Numbered from the stretch's first letter, positions 1-11,390 are shown. The stretch is DNA of 49,170 nt from Chiloscyllium plagiosum (GCF_004010195.1 NC_057752.1:3487407-3536576); one strand, 5' to 3'. Notes: a model not told the origin generated them from the sequence alone. Translations and numbers: made by a program.

Positions 1-11
1 ACTTAGGGAGC

Positions 12-1285
12 CTCCCTAAGTACAGCTGTAATACTATCCCTTATCAAAAACACCACTCCCCCTCCTCTCTTGCCTCCCTTTCTGTCCTTCCTGTAGCATT
101 TGTATCCTGGAACATTAAACTGCCAGTCCTGCTCATCCCTGAGCCATGTTTCTGTAAGTGCTATGATATCCCAGTCCTGTCTTCCTAACCATACCCTGGG
201 TTCATCTGCCTTCCCTGTTAGGCATTGAAATAAATGCAGTTCAATTTAGCAGTCTTACCTCTGCTTTGTTCCTTCCTGCCCTGACTATTTCACTTGCTCA
301 ACTGTACCAGTCTCAGATTGATCTCTTTCCTCACTATCTCCCTGGGTCCCACCCCCCAACCTTATTAGTTTAAATCCTCCTGAGCAGCTCTAGCAAATCT
401 CCCTCCCAGTATATGAGTCCCCTGCCAATTCAGGTGCAATCCGTCCTTCGTGTACAGGTAATTTCTACCCCAGAAGAGAATCCAATGATCCAAAAATGTG
501 AATCCTTCTCCCGTACACCAGCTCCTCAGCCATGCATTCATCTGCTCTGTCCTCCTATTCCTGCCCTCACTCGCTCGTTGCACTGGGAGTAATCCAGATA
601 TTACTACTCTCGAGGACCTCCTTTTTAAATTTCTGCCTATAATCTCCCTTCAGAATCTCAACCTTTTCCCTTCCAATGTTGTTGGTTCCAATGTGTACAA
701 TGACCTCCTGCTGGCCCCTCTCCCCCGTGAGAACATTCTCTCTGAGACATCCTTGATCCTGACACCAGGGAAGCAACACACCATTCTGATTTTTCGCTGC
801 TGGCCACAGAAACGTCTGTCTGTGCCTCAGACTAGAGAGTCTCCTAACACAGTTGATCTCTTGCAACCCGAAGTACCCCTCATTGCATTACAGACAGTCT
901 CAATAACAGAAACTTGGCTGTTCGTGCTACACTCCCTTGAGAATCCATCACCCCCTATATTTTCCAAGACAGCATACATGTTTGAAATGGGAATAGCCAC
1001 AGAAGACTCCTGCACTACCTGCCTACCTCTCTTACCTTTCCTGGAGTTAACCCATCTATGTGACTATACCTGCAACTTTTTTCCCTTCCTTTCACTGCCA
1101 TCCATCACACCTCCTTGCTTTTGTAAATTCCTCATTGCCTCTAACTGTCACTCCAACTGTTCCATTCAGTCTGATAGGATTTGCAACCAATGGCATTTAT
1201 TGTAGATATAATCCTCAGTAATCAGTAAACTCTCTCTAAACTCCAACATCTGACAAGAAGAGCATATCACCCTGCTCAGGGGATG
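12..1285 (-). mobile_element. CR1-clade LINE 5' part: frameshifted ORF1 (SGNH/GDSL esterase-like) and start of the ORF2 endonuclease
   Basis: Minus-strand ORF pieces contain LGDSLV, VHIGTNNI and DGLHLN (SGNH blocks typical of CR1 ORF1). The reverse complement of about 60-120 reads NVPGYKCYRKDRKGGKRGG (CR1 APE). The frames are broken. Confidence 0.9.
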
Positions 1286-1694
1286 GTCAAGTTAATAACT
1301 GCTTCATACAAGAAAGCACGGAACAAATAAACAGCCAAGGTCATAGCTCTCCAACTCTGTTGGTCATCTCCCTAGAGGTTTTATCGTCTGATATCCTATG
1401 TGCCTGCCCCATCTAGCAGCTTTCCTCTCTTCTCATAATCCAAAGCAAAACAGTTCAAAAGAAAATTAGAATACACCATTTTCTTTGAAGGATTTATTCC
1501 AGGTTTTCTCACAAACGTATTGAGGATTCCTAAAGGCACCTGAACAATCCCAAAGGATTGGCAATGTGAGATGAAGGAGATAGGACAGATAGAATTGTCA
1601 GCGTTCTGCTAATGACAGACTCCTCCACTCCATTCTAGTCACATAATCTGACACTGCCTCATGTTCAGGAGAGCATGTCAACAATGACCGCATC

Positions 1695-2358
1695 GAGTCA
1701 TAGAGATGTACAACATGGAAACAGACCCTTCGGTCCAACCCGTCCATGCCGACCAGATATCCCAACCCAATCTAGTCCTACCTGCCAGCACCTGGCCCAT
1801 ATCCCTACAAACCTTTCCTATTCATATACCCATCTAAACGCCTCTTAAATGTTGTAATTGTACCAGCCTCCACCACTTCCTCTGGCAGCTCATTCCATAC
1901 ATGTACCACCTTCTGTGTGAAAAAGTTGCCCCTTAGGTCTCTTTTATATCTTTCCCCTCTCACCCTAAACCTATGCCCTCTAGTTCTGAACTCCCTGACC
2001 CCAGGGAAAAGACTTTGCCTATTTACCCTATCCATGCCCCTCATGATTTTATAAACCNNNNNNNNNNNNNNNNNNNNNNNNNNNNNNNNNNNNNNNNNNN
2101 NNNNNNNNNNNNNNNNNNNNNNNNNNNNNNNNNNNNNNNNNNNNNNNNNNNNNTTCTTCACTATCCTACGTACCTGCGACTCCACTTTCAAGGAGCTATG
2201 AACCTGCACTCCAAGGTCTCTTTGTTCAGCAACACTCCCTAGGACCTTACCATTAAGTGTATAAGTCCTGCTAAGATTTGCTTTCCCAAAATGCAGCACC
2301 TCGCATTTATCTGAATTAAACTCCATCTGCCACTTAGCCCATTGGCCCATCTGATCTG
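1695..2358 (-). mobile_element. HER1/CR1 LINE 3' fragment spanning an N gap
   Basis: WQMEFNSDKCEVLHFG ... RGNFFTQKVVHVWNELP (CR1 ORF2 C-terminus), plus a 3' tail ending ctatgactc. Confidence 0.93.
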
Positions 2359-2529
2359 GGTAAGATAATGGAATCACCAATAGATCGACAGCCAAGCATT
2401 CCAGTTCAGGGTCAGGGTAGAGGCGAGGTTATTGGAAGGGCAAGGTAAATAGACCAAAATAGCACAATGTGCTAAAGTTGCTAGGCTAAATGTTGAAGTC
2501 ACATCCAAGTTGACAAAAGCTCATGTTGA

Positions 2530-2612
2530 ACCTGGCTCAGTTGACAGCACTTCTACCTGTGAGCTGGAAGGTTGCAGGTTCAGACCCTGCTCTAGAGAAC
2601 TGAATGGACTAA
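2530..2612 (+). mobile_element. Degenerate tRNA-derived SINE head (Deu-SINE-like)
   Basis: A-box-like tggctcagttg and B-box-like ggttcagacc. Confidence 0.45.
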
Positions 2613-2792
2613 CCTCGGAGCTTTCTTTGCAACCGGGCCCACGTGCACACATAACCTTCGGCCCACAAACCAATTACATGCCTGAAAAGGTTTGGGCTGG
2701 AAATGGGATATTCACAACACTGCAATAGGCCCAAGTCGCCTCATAAATTTACATCAACTCATCAAACCCAGCATCTGAGTGTATATACCTTT

Positions 2793-2902
2793 GATTTGGA
2801 CATGCCGGTGTTGATCTGGGGTGACAACCACTAGCTCCGAAAGCTAGTGTGCTTCCATTTAAACCTGTTGGACTGTAACCTGGTGTTGTGTGATTTTTAA
2901 AA
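2793..2902. mobile_element. Penelope-like terminal remnant, family B (internally deleted fold-back)
   Basis: gctccgaaagctagtg...aaacctgttggactgtaacctggtgttgtgtgattttt matches the copies at 8003, 12032 and 20853. Confidence 0.75.
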
Positions 2903-2904
2903 TA

Positions 2905-4440
2905 TATACCTTTGAGTGTAGGAGTTGGGGTGACATGTTGAGGTTGTACAGGACATTGGTGAGGCCTCTTCTGGAATACTATGTGCAGCTCTGGTCGCCC
3001 TGTTATTGGAAGGACATTATTAAACTGGAGTGGGTTCAGAAGAGATCTACCAGGATGTTGCCTGGAATGGATGGTTTGAGTTATGAGGAGAGGCTGGATC
3101 GCCTGGGATTTCCTTCACTGGACTGTAGGAGGTTGAGAGGGGACCCTATAAAGGTTTGTAAAATAATGAGGGGCATTGGCAGGTGTCTTTTTCCTTGGGT
3201 CGGGAATTTCAAGGCTAGGAGGTTGGAGACTACCATCTGGGAAATCATGTTATAACTGTACAGGGTGTTGGTGAGGCAGCACCTGTACTGTGTGCAGTTT
3301 TGGTCCCTGTATTTCAGAAGGGATATACTGGCATTGGAGATTATTCCAATGAGATTCACCAGGCTGATCCCTGGGATGAACAGGGTGATGTATGAACAAT
3401 TAAACAGATTAGGCTCTTTTTACATTGGAGTCTAGAAGGATGAGGGGTGATTCTTATGGCAATTTACAAGCATCTGAGGGACTTTGAACAGGGCAGACGT
3501 TAACACGATGTTTCTCCGAGTGGGGGGACAATCTTGAACTGGGAACATAGTTACAGAATAAGGCAGCACTCATTTAAAATTTCGTCCTGATGGTGGTGAA
3601 TATCTGGAGAATTGTGGAGGCTAGATCATGGAAAATATTCAAAGAAGAGGGTAGGTAGTTTCTTTAAAAAAAATCGAGTTGACAGCGAGGCCTGAGGCGG
3701 ACCAATGAATATTGAACAGTGGAACAGGCTTGAGGGGACCACCTCCTTTCTTTGCTTCTGTCTTTTGTCGATGGGCAGAGCAATGGCAAATGGAATTTAA
3801 TTGTGTGAAGCGTGAGCTGATGCATTTTAGCAAGACTGATGACGTAAGGGGTTACACGATGAATGGTAAGATCCTAAGAAGTACAGAGGAGCAGACAGAC
3901 CGAACTGTGCATGTCCACAGATCCTGAAGGCAATAGGGCAGGTGAATAATGTGGTTAGGAAGGCATACAGGATACTTCACAGAATGGCTACTGTGTGGAG
4001 ACAGTTACAGCATTTCAAAGGCATCTGGGTGAGGGTATGAGTGGGAAGGCTTTGGAGGGATATGGGCCAAGTGCCGGCGAATGGGACTGGATTGAGTTGG
4101 GATGTCTGGTCGGCATGGACGAGTTGGACTCCATGCTGTACATCTCGTTGACGAGGGTGCATATTTTAGAGGTGAGAGGAGAAAGATTTTAAAAAAGGCA
4201 CGAGAGGCATTTTTCTTTTTACCCACAGGATAGTTTGTGTGTGGAATGAACTTCCTGAGGAAGTGGTGGATGCAGGCACAGTTACATTTAAAAGACATTT
4301 AGATGAGTACATGAATCAGGAAGGTTGGGAGGGATATGGACCAGGCGCAGGCAGGTGGGATTAGATTAGTTTTGGATTCTGGTCGGCATGGACTGGTTGG
4401 ACCGAAGGGTCTGTTTCTGTGCTATATGATTGTATGACTA
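2905..4440 (+). mobile_element. Cluster of juxtaposed CR1 ORF2 3' fragments from several subfamilies
   Basis: LYRTLVRPLLEYYVQLWSP, WAEQWQMEFN and several CR1 3' tails (ggaccgaagggtctgtttc). Confidence 0.88.
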
Positions 4441-4447
4441 CTACGTC

Positions 4448-4620
4448 GTTAATCCATCTGGTTCACTAAAGGACAGAAACAGCCATCCTTACCTAGTTGG
4501 GCCTACATATGACTTCTGACCCAAAGCAAGATGGCTGACTCTTAACTGCCCTCTGGGCAATTAAGAATGGACAATCAATGCCAATGATGTCCCCATCCTG
4601 TGAATGAGTTTAAAAAAAGC
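4448..4620 (+). mobile_element. 3' part of a tRNA-headed SINE that shares its tail with the CR1/Jockey-group LINE at 10060
   Basis: gactcttaactgccctctg is joined directly to ggcaattaagaatggacaat...catcctgtgaatga-polyA. Confidence 0.6.
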
Positions 4621-5329
4621 ACTCAGATCCCTCTGCTTTTGTACCCGAATATTACATTGTCTCTCTGCATTCTCCCTACCAAAATGAATCACGTCACCCT
4701 CATAATACTCCCCTTGCCTCTATCATTCAGGCACAGTCTTTGGCTGAGTGCTTGCACTGGACTGAATTTAATTTTTGCCATTTGAAGCAAATGCGCAGCA
4801 TGCATCTGAATTGCCACCTGCAGAAAATCGCAACGGGTCAAGGCACTTTTATGACTTTGGTTCAATTCTTCCCATGAATAATGATGAGCTCCCATTTCCT
4901 CTCTTTGCCCCAGATGTGCTTAAATCCACAAAAATCGCACGAGCAGTGTGTGTTCGTTTTCTCTCAAGTGGGACCCTGTGTGGGTTGAAACCATATTACG
5001 TGAACTCCATGGTATCACAAAGTTCATTTTCCTTCGGGCCGTGCAAAGCCAACCATGAATTACAGCGGCGAGGCACAGTCATTTATCAGTGTAGTGAAAA
5101 ACACACTCACAGAATAAAGGAACTGCACCAGGAAAATGCTGCTTGGTTTAGGGATGCATTTGATTAACAGATTCTGCCCGCAGCCAACAAAACTGTCATC
5201 CGTTATTATGCCAGGGAATGATGGTTTCAAACATCACCTATTACTCTTCATGAGTAGGCTTCAGCAATGACTGGTGTGATGTGAGCGCTTGAGGTGCCAT
5301 GGTACTGAAGTGGGAATTGGAATTTCTTA

Positions 5330-5680
5330 AAATGGTTATGGTCTCCTGAGATATGGGTGCCACTGGTTGGGTCAGCCGTCCCTCGGTGATCTTGTAAAGG
5401 CGGTAGCGACCCTTATGCTTGTCCAATTGGTTTGACTTCTCTGCATGGTTCACCAATGGCTTGCTCGACCATTGCAGAGGGCAGGTAAAAGTCAATCACG
5501 TTGGCGTGGCTCCTTCCGATTAGTGGGCCAGATGGGATTTTACGCCAATCAATAACAACTTCATAAGACTAGCTTTCAAGCCCTTTTCAAATTCTGTCTG
5601 TACCTATAGTGGGATTTGACCCATAACCCCAGTTTGGAGTTTCCTGGCCCATTGACAATATCACCACTGCCTCCTACACG
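5330..5680 (-). mobile_element. Degenerate copy of the same tRNA-headed SINE
   Basis: The reverse complement has a head with B-box-like ggtcaaatccc, the shared body motif (plus strand cagagggcagg..aagtcaa) and the LINE-type tail. Confidence 0.55.
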
Positions 5681-5859
5681 ACACGAAACAGCACAAGTTG
5701 GTAACGGCAGAAAGGATCCATGTTTAGCTGTGCAGGCACGTTGGAATTTAACTGAAGGCGGGGTCAAAGTCCAAGAGAAAGGCTTGGTTGGTTTATAAAT
5801 GGACCTCGAATGTCAAATCATGTGGCTCAGTGTTAGCTACATGTTATTTATAGTTTTTA

Positions 5860-6500
5860 AAAATTCATTTGTGGGATGTGGGTGTTGCTGGTTGGGCCAG
5901 CATTTTATTGCCCCCCCATCCCTAGTCGCCCCTTGAGAAGGTGGGGATGAGCTGCCATCTTGAACCGCTGCAGTCCACCTGCTGTGGGTTGACCCACAAT
6001 GCCCTGAGGGAGAGAGTTCCAGGAGTTTGACCCAGCCACACTGAAGGACTAGCCAGTGAGACAGCTCTCCCAATTTTGACACTAGCCCCCGGATGTCAGT
6101 GCGGAGGACTTTGCAGGGTCGACACAGCTGTTTCTGCCGTTGCCTTTGCCGGTGCCTAGGTTTCATTTCCTTGAGACAGTGAAGCAAATTCTACAACTCA
6201 GCTCGACTATTTCAGAGGGCAGTTAAGAGTCAAACACATTGCTGTGGGTCTGGAGTCACATATTGGCCAGACCAGGTAAGGCTGGCAGATTTCTTCCCCT
6301 GAAGGGCATTACTGAACTAGATGGATTTCTTTTTACCGCCAACAATTGGTTAGATTGTTAATTCCAGGTTTCTTTTTAAAGAATTGAATTCAAGTCCCAT
6401 TTTGTGCCATGGCAGGGTTTGAAACAAGGTCCTCAACACATTAGCTGAGCTTCTTGGATTAACAATCTCAGGATAATGCCACGAGGCTACCACCTTCTCC
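5860..6500 (-). mobile_element. Internally deleted tRNA-headed LINE: Pol III-like head, endonuclease N-terminus and LINE 3' end
   Basis: On the minus strand: A-box tagcctcgtgg, B-box-like gtttcaaacc, ctcttaactgccctctg, then RPCKVLRTDIRGLVSKLGELSH fused to the 3' end (cctggaactctcc...ttctcaaggggcgactagggatgg...aataaaatgctgg). Confidence 0.65.
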
Positions 6501-6583
6501 CTATAAGCTCACTCTTCACAGGCTAGTGTTCCATCAGCTCCACTGCACTTCATTCCATGAGAGGCAAACTACATGAAGACCCA

Positions 6584-6892
6584 CGGCACGGTGGCTCACT
6601 GGTCAGCACGGCTGCCTCACAGTGCCAGGGTCCCAGGTTCGATTCCAGCTTTGGGCGACTGTCTGTGTGGAGTTTGCACATTCTCCTTGTGTCTGTGTGG
6701 GTTTCCTCCGGGTGCTCCAGTTTCCTCCCACGGTCCAAAGATGTGCAGGTCAGGTGGATTGACCGTGCTAAATTGCCCATATTGTTAGGTGCATCAGTCA
6801 GAGAGAAATGGGTCTGGGTGGGTTACTCTTCGGAGGGGCGGTGTGGACTGGTTGGGCTGAAGGGCCTGTTTCCACACTGTAGGGAATCTAGT
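6584..6892 (+). mobile_element. HE1-type SINE
   Basis: tRNA head (ggtggctcactggtcagcac..ggttcgattcc), central domain and HER1-like tail gaagggcctgtttccacactgtagggaatcta. Confidence 0.93.
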
Positions 6893-6963
6893 CATCAGCA
6901 TCGAGGCCTCTATAAGATCATAATGAGAAACTCGTGCTTTCCCACTGACTGGTTTCAAGATCT

Positions 6964-7646
6964 AGAGTCACAGAGATGTACAGCACAGAAACAGACCCTT
7001 CGGTCCAACCCGTCCATGCCGACCAGATATCCCAACCCAATCTAGTCCCACCTGCCAGCACCCGGCCCATATCCCTCCAAACCCTTCCCATCCATGTACC
7101 CATCCAGATGCCTCTTAAATGTTGCAATTGTACCAACCTCCACCACTGCCTCTGGCAGCTCATTCCATACACGTACCACCCTCTGCAGGAAATAGTTGCC
7201 CCCTAGGTCTCTTTTATATCTTTCCCCTCTAATTCTAAACCTATGCCCTCCAGTTCTGGACTCCCCCACCCCAGGGAAATGACCTTGTCTGTTTGTCCTA
7301 TCCATGCCCCTCATGATTTTATAAACCTCTATTAGGTCACCCCTCAGCCTCCTCCACTCCAGGGAAAACAGCCCCAGCCTCTCCCGATAGCTCAAACCCT
7401 CCAACCCTGGCAACATCTTTGTAAATCTTTGCTGAACCCTTTCAAGTTTCACAACATCTTACCGATAGGAAGGAGACCAGAACTGCACACAATATTCCAA
7501 CAGTGGCCTAACCAATGTCCTGTACAGCCGCAACATGATCTCCCAACTCCTGTACTCAACACTCTGACCAATAAAGGAAAGCAAGTTTAGCTAAATGTGA
7601 AGTGCTGCATTTTGGGAAAGCAAATCTTAGCAGGACTTCTACTTGA
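6964..7646 (-). mobile_element. HER1/CR1 3' fragment with a short inverted 5' segment (7583-7646)
   Basis: KLERVQQRFTKMLPGLEGLSY..VWNELP on the minus strand, then a plus-strand KCEVLHFGKANLSRT segment. Confidence 0.9.
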
Positions 7647-8155
7647 TCAAAATCTTAAGTGACTGCAAGAATCTTTCCTTTTGTTCATGTTACATGTGAA
7701 ATGAAGTTATAAGAAGCGCCCTCGTGCAGGAACAGCAGCAGGAAGTAAAGTTTGGAAACCTTGAGGTTCCATTGATGTTCTACTGGTGGCCTTGGAGACG
7801 GGGCAAGTTTTGTACAACAAACCAAAAGGTTTCAGTTTCATGTTCGCTGAACAGCATAACCATAGAATGGGAAAAAGTTCAGAGTTCGCCCCAGCCATTC
7901 CTGCTCATTTTGGATTTGCATGGCGATTGGGTAAGGATCAGATCAGGCTAGGCGTAAATCACTCTGTGAGTCCAGTAACCTGATGGTGCCCACTGTCAAA
8001 GCTAGAAGTCACACGACACCAGGTTATAGTCCAACAGGTTTGTCTGAAACCACAAGCTTTCGGAGCGTTGCTCCTTTGTCTTGACTTCACCTGACAAAGG
8101 AGCAGCGCTCCGAAAGCTTGTGGTTTCAGACAAACCTGTCGGACTATAACCTGGT

Positions 8156-8356
8156 CGGAGAAAGTGAGGACTACAGAGGCTGGAGATCAGAGTCAAGAGT
8201 GTGGCGCTGGAAAGGCACAGCAGGTCAGGCAGCATCCGAGGGGCAGGAGAATCGACGTTTCGGGCATAAGCCCTTCATTAGGAATGTGATGAAAGGGTTA
8301 TGCCTGAAACGTCGATTCTCCTCCTCAGATGCTGCCTGATCTGCTGTGCTTTTCCA
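8156..8356. mobile_element. Penelope-like fold-back element, family A, with a 15-bp TSD
   Basis: TSD ggactataacctggt at 8141-8155 and 8357-8371. Two oppositely oriented mutated hammerhead cores lie at about 8250-8315. Confidence 0.85.
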
Positions 8357-8379
8357 GGACTATAACCTGGTGTCGTGTT

Positions 8380-8692
8380 TTAGATTAGATTACTTACAGT
8401 GTGGAAACAGGCCCTTCGGCCCAACAAGTCCACACCGACCCGCCGAAGCGCAACCCACCCATACCCCTACATTTACCCCTTACCTAACACTACAGGCAAT
8501 TTAGCATGGCCAATTCACCTAACCTGCACATCTTTGGACTGTGGGAGGAAACCGGAGCACCCAGAGGAAACCCACGCAGACACGGGGAGAACGTGCAAAC
8601 TCCACACAGTCAGTCGCCTGAGGCGGGAATTGAACCCGGGTCTCTGGCGCTGTGAGGCAGCAGTGCTAACCACTGTGCCACCGTGCCACCCA
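8380..8692 (-). mobile_element. HE1-type SINE, full length
   Basis: tRNA head at the right end and (tagat)n tail at the left; possible short TSD cgtgtt. Confidence 0.95.
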
Positions 8693-8879
8693 CGTGTTCT
8701 AACATTGTCCACCCCAGTCCATCTGGCACCTCCCCATCATCACTGTCAAAGTGAATAGCATGTCACACTTTTAAGTCAAAAAGCTCTGAGTTCAAATCCC
8801 ACCTTAAAAACCCTGAAGTTGGTACATTTGCCCTTCAGCGTCACACTGAGGGAAGATGCTAAATAGCAATACAGTAATG

Positions 8880-9150
8880 ATCAAGGCATCTGCTTCTCTT
8901 AAACAATACTAGTCAAGGGTTAAATATTGCTCAGGGCACGAGGGATAACACCTCTGCTCTTCAAAATAGCGCTGTGGGATTTTCTTTTGACCTGAGAGAA
9001 AAGGCAGAGCCTAATTCAACATCCCATTGGGAAGACAACAATGCGGCACTCCTGTACTCTATCAGCATGAAGTTTTGCACTCAATTTCTGGAGACGGATT
9101 TGAGTTTATACTCTTCTGACTCAGACACATGTGTCACAGCTGAGACACCA
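8880..9150 (-). mobile_element. Deu-domain SINE (SacSINE1/AmnSINE-related) remnant
   Basis: aaatattgctcagggcac..ctgctcttcaaaatagcgctgtgggat..acctgagag resembles the reverse Deu domain, followed by a tRNA-like head. Confidence 0.6.
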
Positions 9151-9769
9151 TATGCCAATGCAGAGCATGTGGCATGTTTTAATTCATGCATACTTGAAAC
9201 ACAAAACTGCCTTTGCTTTCGTGCTTGCCATATGATTGATATTACCTGTATTATACACACACACCTATACATATTAATCAAATACACACATATATTTATA
9301 TTAAATCTGAAAGCCATCCTTCTTTGTCATTTTTTCCAACAAAGTCCCACCGAAGAATAATTCAGAAAAGGTTAACCCTTTTGAAAACAAACAATATGAT
9401 AAATAACGATTGACTGCTCATGAATTTAAGAGCAAACTTGACTGAGTTCCTGCTGATGTTCATAAATTGCTCAGTCATGGTTAATGATGTCACCAGAACC
9501 ATTTGATTGAATTACTGTCTAGAGACGTACTGTCAACCATCTGTTATCCCTTTAAGTACACAGCATTCATTAACTTTTTAAACACACAAACTTTCGAGAC
9601 AACTGATAGAAAACCCATGAGAAAGCTTGTGTAGTCATTAGTGGATGTGCAACTGAGTAGGTACAATATATTACATTTCTATGCTTTACAGTGGGCTCTT
9701 AATAGATTATGTGCACTTTTATGTATTTAAAGTCATGAAATAAAATTCCAGAAAATAAATATGCAAATG

Positions 9770-10010
9770 GACAATAGTATAATGGTTATTTTACTAGATT
9801 AGGAATCTAAAAGCCTCAACTAATTATCTGGAGATGTGAGTTTAAATCCCACTTTTGAAAATTGAGAATTTAAATTTCATTCATTAAGTGCGACATGAAT
9901 AGGACGGGTTTCCAGGGATATGGGCCAAATGGGACAAGATTAATTTAGGGTCTGGTCAGCGTGGATGAATTGAGCTGAAGGTCTGTTTCCTCGCTATATA
10001 TCTCTACAAC
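9770..10010 (+). mobile_element. Degenerate tRNA-like head followed by a CR1 3' tail
   Basis: gagtttaaatcccac B-box-like motif; ggatatgggccaaat..gaaggtctgtttcc tail. Confidence 0.55.
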
Positions 10011-10049
10011 TCAAAGTAACATTCATACCATGCATGTTCCAGGCAATCT

Positions 10050-11100
10050 CTGAATAGAATCCCTTGCGATTCAATGGCATCACCATCACTGAATCCCCCA
10101 TTATCCAACATCCTGGTCGTTACTACTGATGAGAAACTGAACTGGAACAGCCATATAAACACTGTGAATATAACAGCAAGTCAGAGGCTAAGAATTCTGA
10201 GGTGAGTAACTCACCTTCTGACTCCTGTCCACCATTCATAAGGCACAAGTCAGGAGTGTGGTGGAATACTCCCCACTTGCCTGGATGGGTGCAATTCCGA
10301 CAATACTCATGAACCTCAAACACCAATCAGGATAAAGCAGCCCAATCCATCACTTTCAACACTCATTCCACGTTAGAGCCCGGGTGTCTCTGGAAAAGGA
10401 GCACGCGGTGTCCACCGACACCCTGGAGTTGTTCTGGGAGAGGTGGGCACCACAGGGAGTGGAGTGCATCATTTCCCCCTCCAACTTTACGTTGGTTTAA
10501 TCCCTGCCCTCCCCTTCCCTGTTTGATCACACAGCATTGCCCTTTGATGTGAAGGGCACTGCTTGTCACTGGCCACTCGGGTGTTTCCTTTCTTCCTGGT
10601 GGTGGAAATTTGAATAAAGATTCGAGAACCTTGTGCCTTTTACTGTGTCCCACACCTGCACACACACAACATGGGTGCTGGGGAAACAATAAGCACTACC
10701 GCAGTTAGGCGGTAGTGTGGGGGGGAAAAAAAACACTCATTCCCTCCACCACCAGCTCAATGGCATCAGTGTGTACCATATAGAAAATGCATGGCAGTAA
10801 CTCTCCTCCCCTCCTTCCACAGCATCTTCCAAAGCCATGACCCTACTATCTAGAAGGATGATGGCACAGAGAAACAGGGGAACACTCCCACCTGCAACTT
10901 CCCCTCCAAGCCACTCACCATCCTAACTTGGATATATTGCTGTTCCTTTGTTGTTGCGAGGTCAAAATGCTGGAACTCTCTCCCTAACAGCACTGTAGGT
11001 ACGCTTATATCATGTGGACTTCAGCAGGTTAAGAGTTTGACTCTTTGCCATGTTATCAGGGGCAGTTAAGGAAGAGTAACAAACGCCCACATCCTGTGGA
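10050..11100 (+). mobile_element. CR1/Jockey-group LINE 3' fragment (distinct from HER1), interrupted by a Tx1-like insertion
   Basis: KAQVRSVVEYSPLAWM at about 10240-10288, a WNSLP-type motif at about 10970 and a 3' tail. The host resumes at 10732. Confidence 0.8.
10370..10731 (+). mobile_element. 5'-truncated L1/Tx1-like retrotransposon 3' end with a 12-bp TSD
   Basis: Frame 10372-10500 reads VRARVSLEKEHAVSTDTLELFWERWAPQGVECII..stop (Tx1-type ORF2 C-terminus, by recall). It has a polyA end and TSD aacactcattcc at 10358-10369 and 10732-10743. Confidence 0.8.
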
Positions 11101-11104
11101 AGAG

Positions 11105-11390
11105 CCAAGACAAGTCTAGAATAATATACTAGTGTCAATAAAGTAACCGTGAAATTACTAGATTCCTGTAGAAACCTGTCTGGTTTCTCAATGTCTGTTC
11201 GAGAAGGAAATCTGCTGTCACTGCACATGTGACTCCAGACCCTTAGAATAAGGCGGGACTTTTCACTATCCTCTGAGGTGGCCCAGCAAACCACTCGGTT
11301 TTATTTAACAAGGTGCCTCTCCTCTGCTTTCTCAACGACAATAAACAGTGGCCTTGCCAGTGATGTGCATGTGCAGCAAATGAGGGCATC
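11105..11390 (+). mobile_element. tRNA-headed SINE body and tail (same family as 4448 and 5330)
   Basis: gaaggaaatctgctgtc..catgtgactccagacc..cctctgaggtggcccagcaaaccactc, followed by the LINE-type tail. Confidence 0.55.

Larger units (their letters stand above)
8003..8740. mobile_element. Penelope-like fold-back element, family B, hosting a family A element and an HE1 SINE
   Basis: Inverted arms 8018-8080 and 8093-8155, resuming at 8357-8379 and 8693-8740. Hammerhead-like core at 8091-8119. Confidence 0.8.

Noticed and set aside
498..1205. 235-aa plus-strand ORF with a signal-peptide-like start
   Set aside because: It is the antisense shadow of CR1 ORF1.
4775..5167. 130-aa ORF in unique sequence
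   Set aside because: Non-ATG start, no domain, and no convincing splice context.
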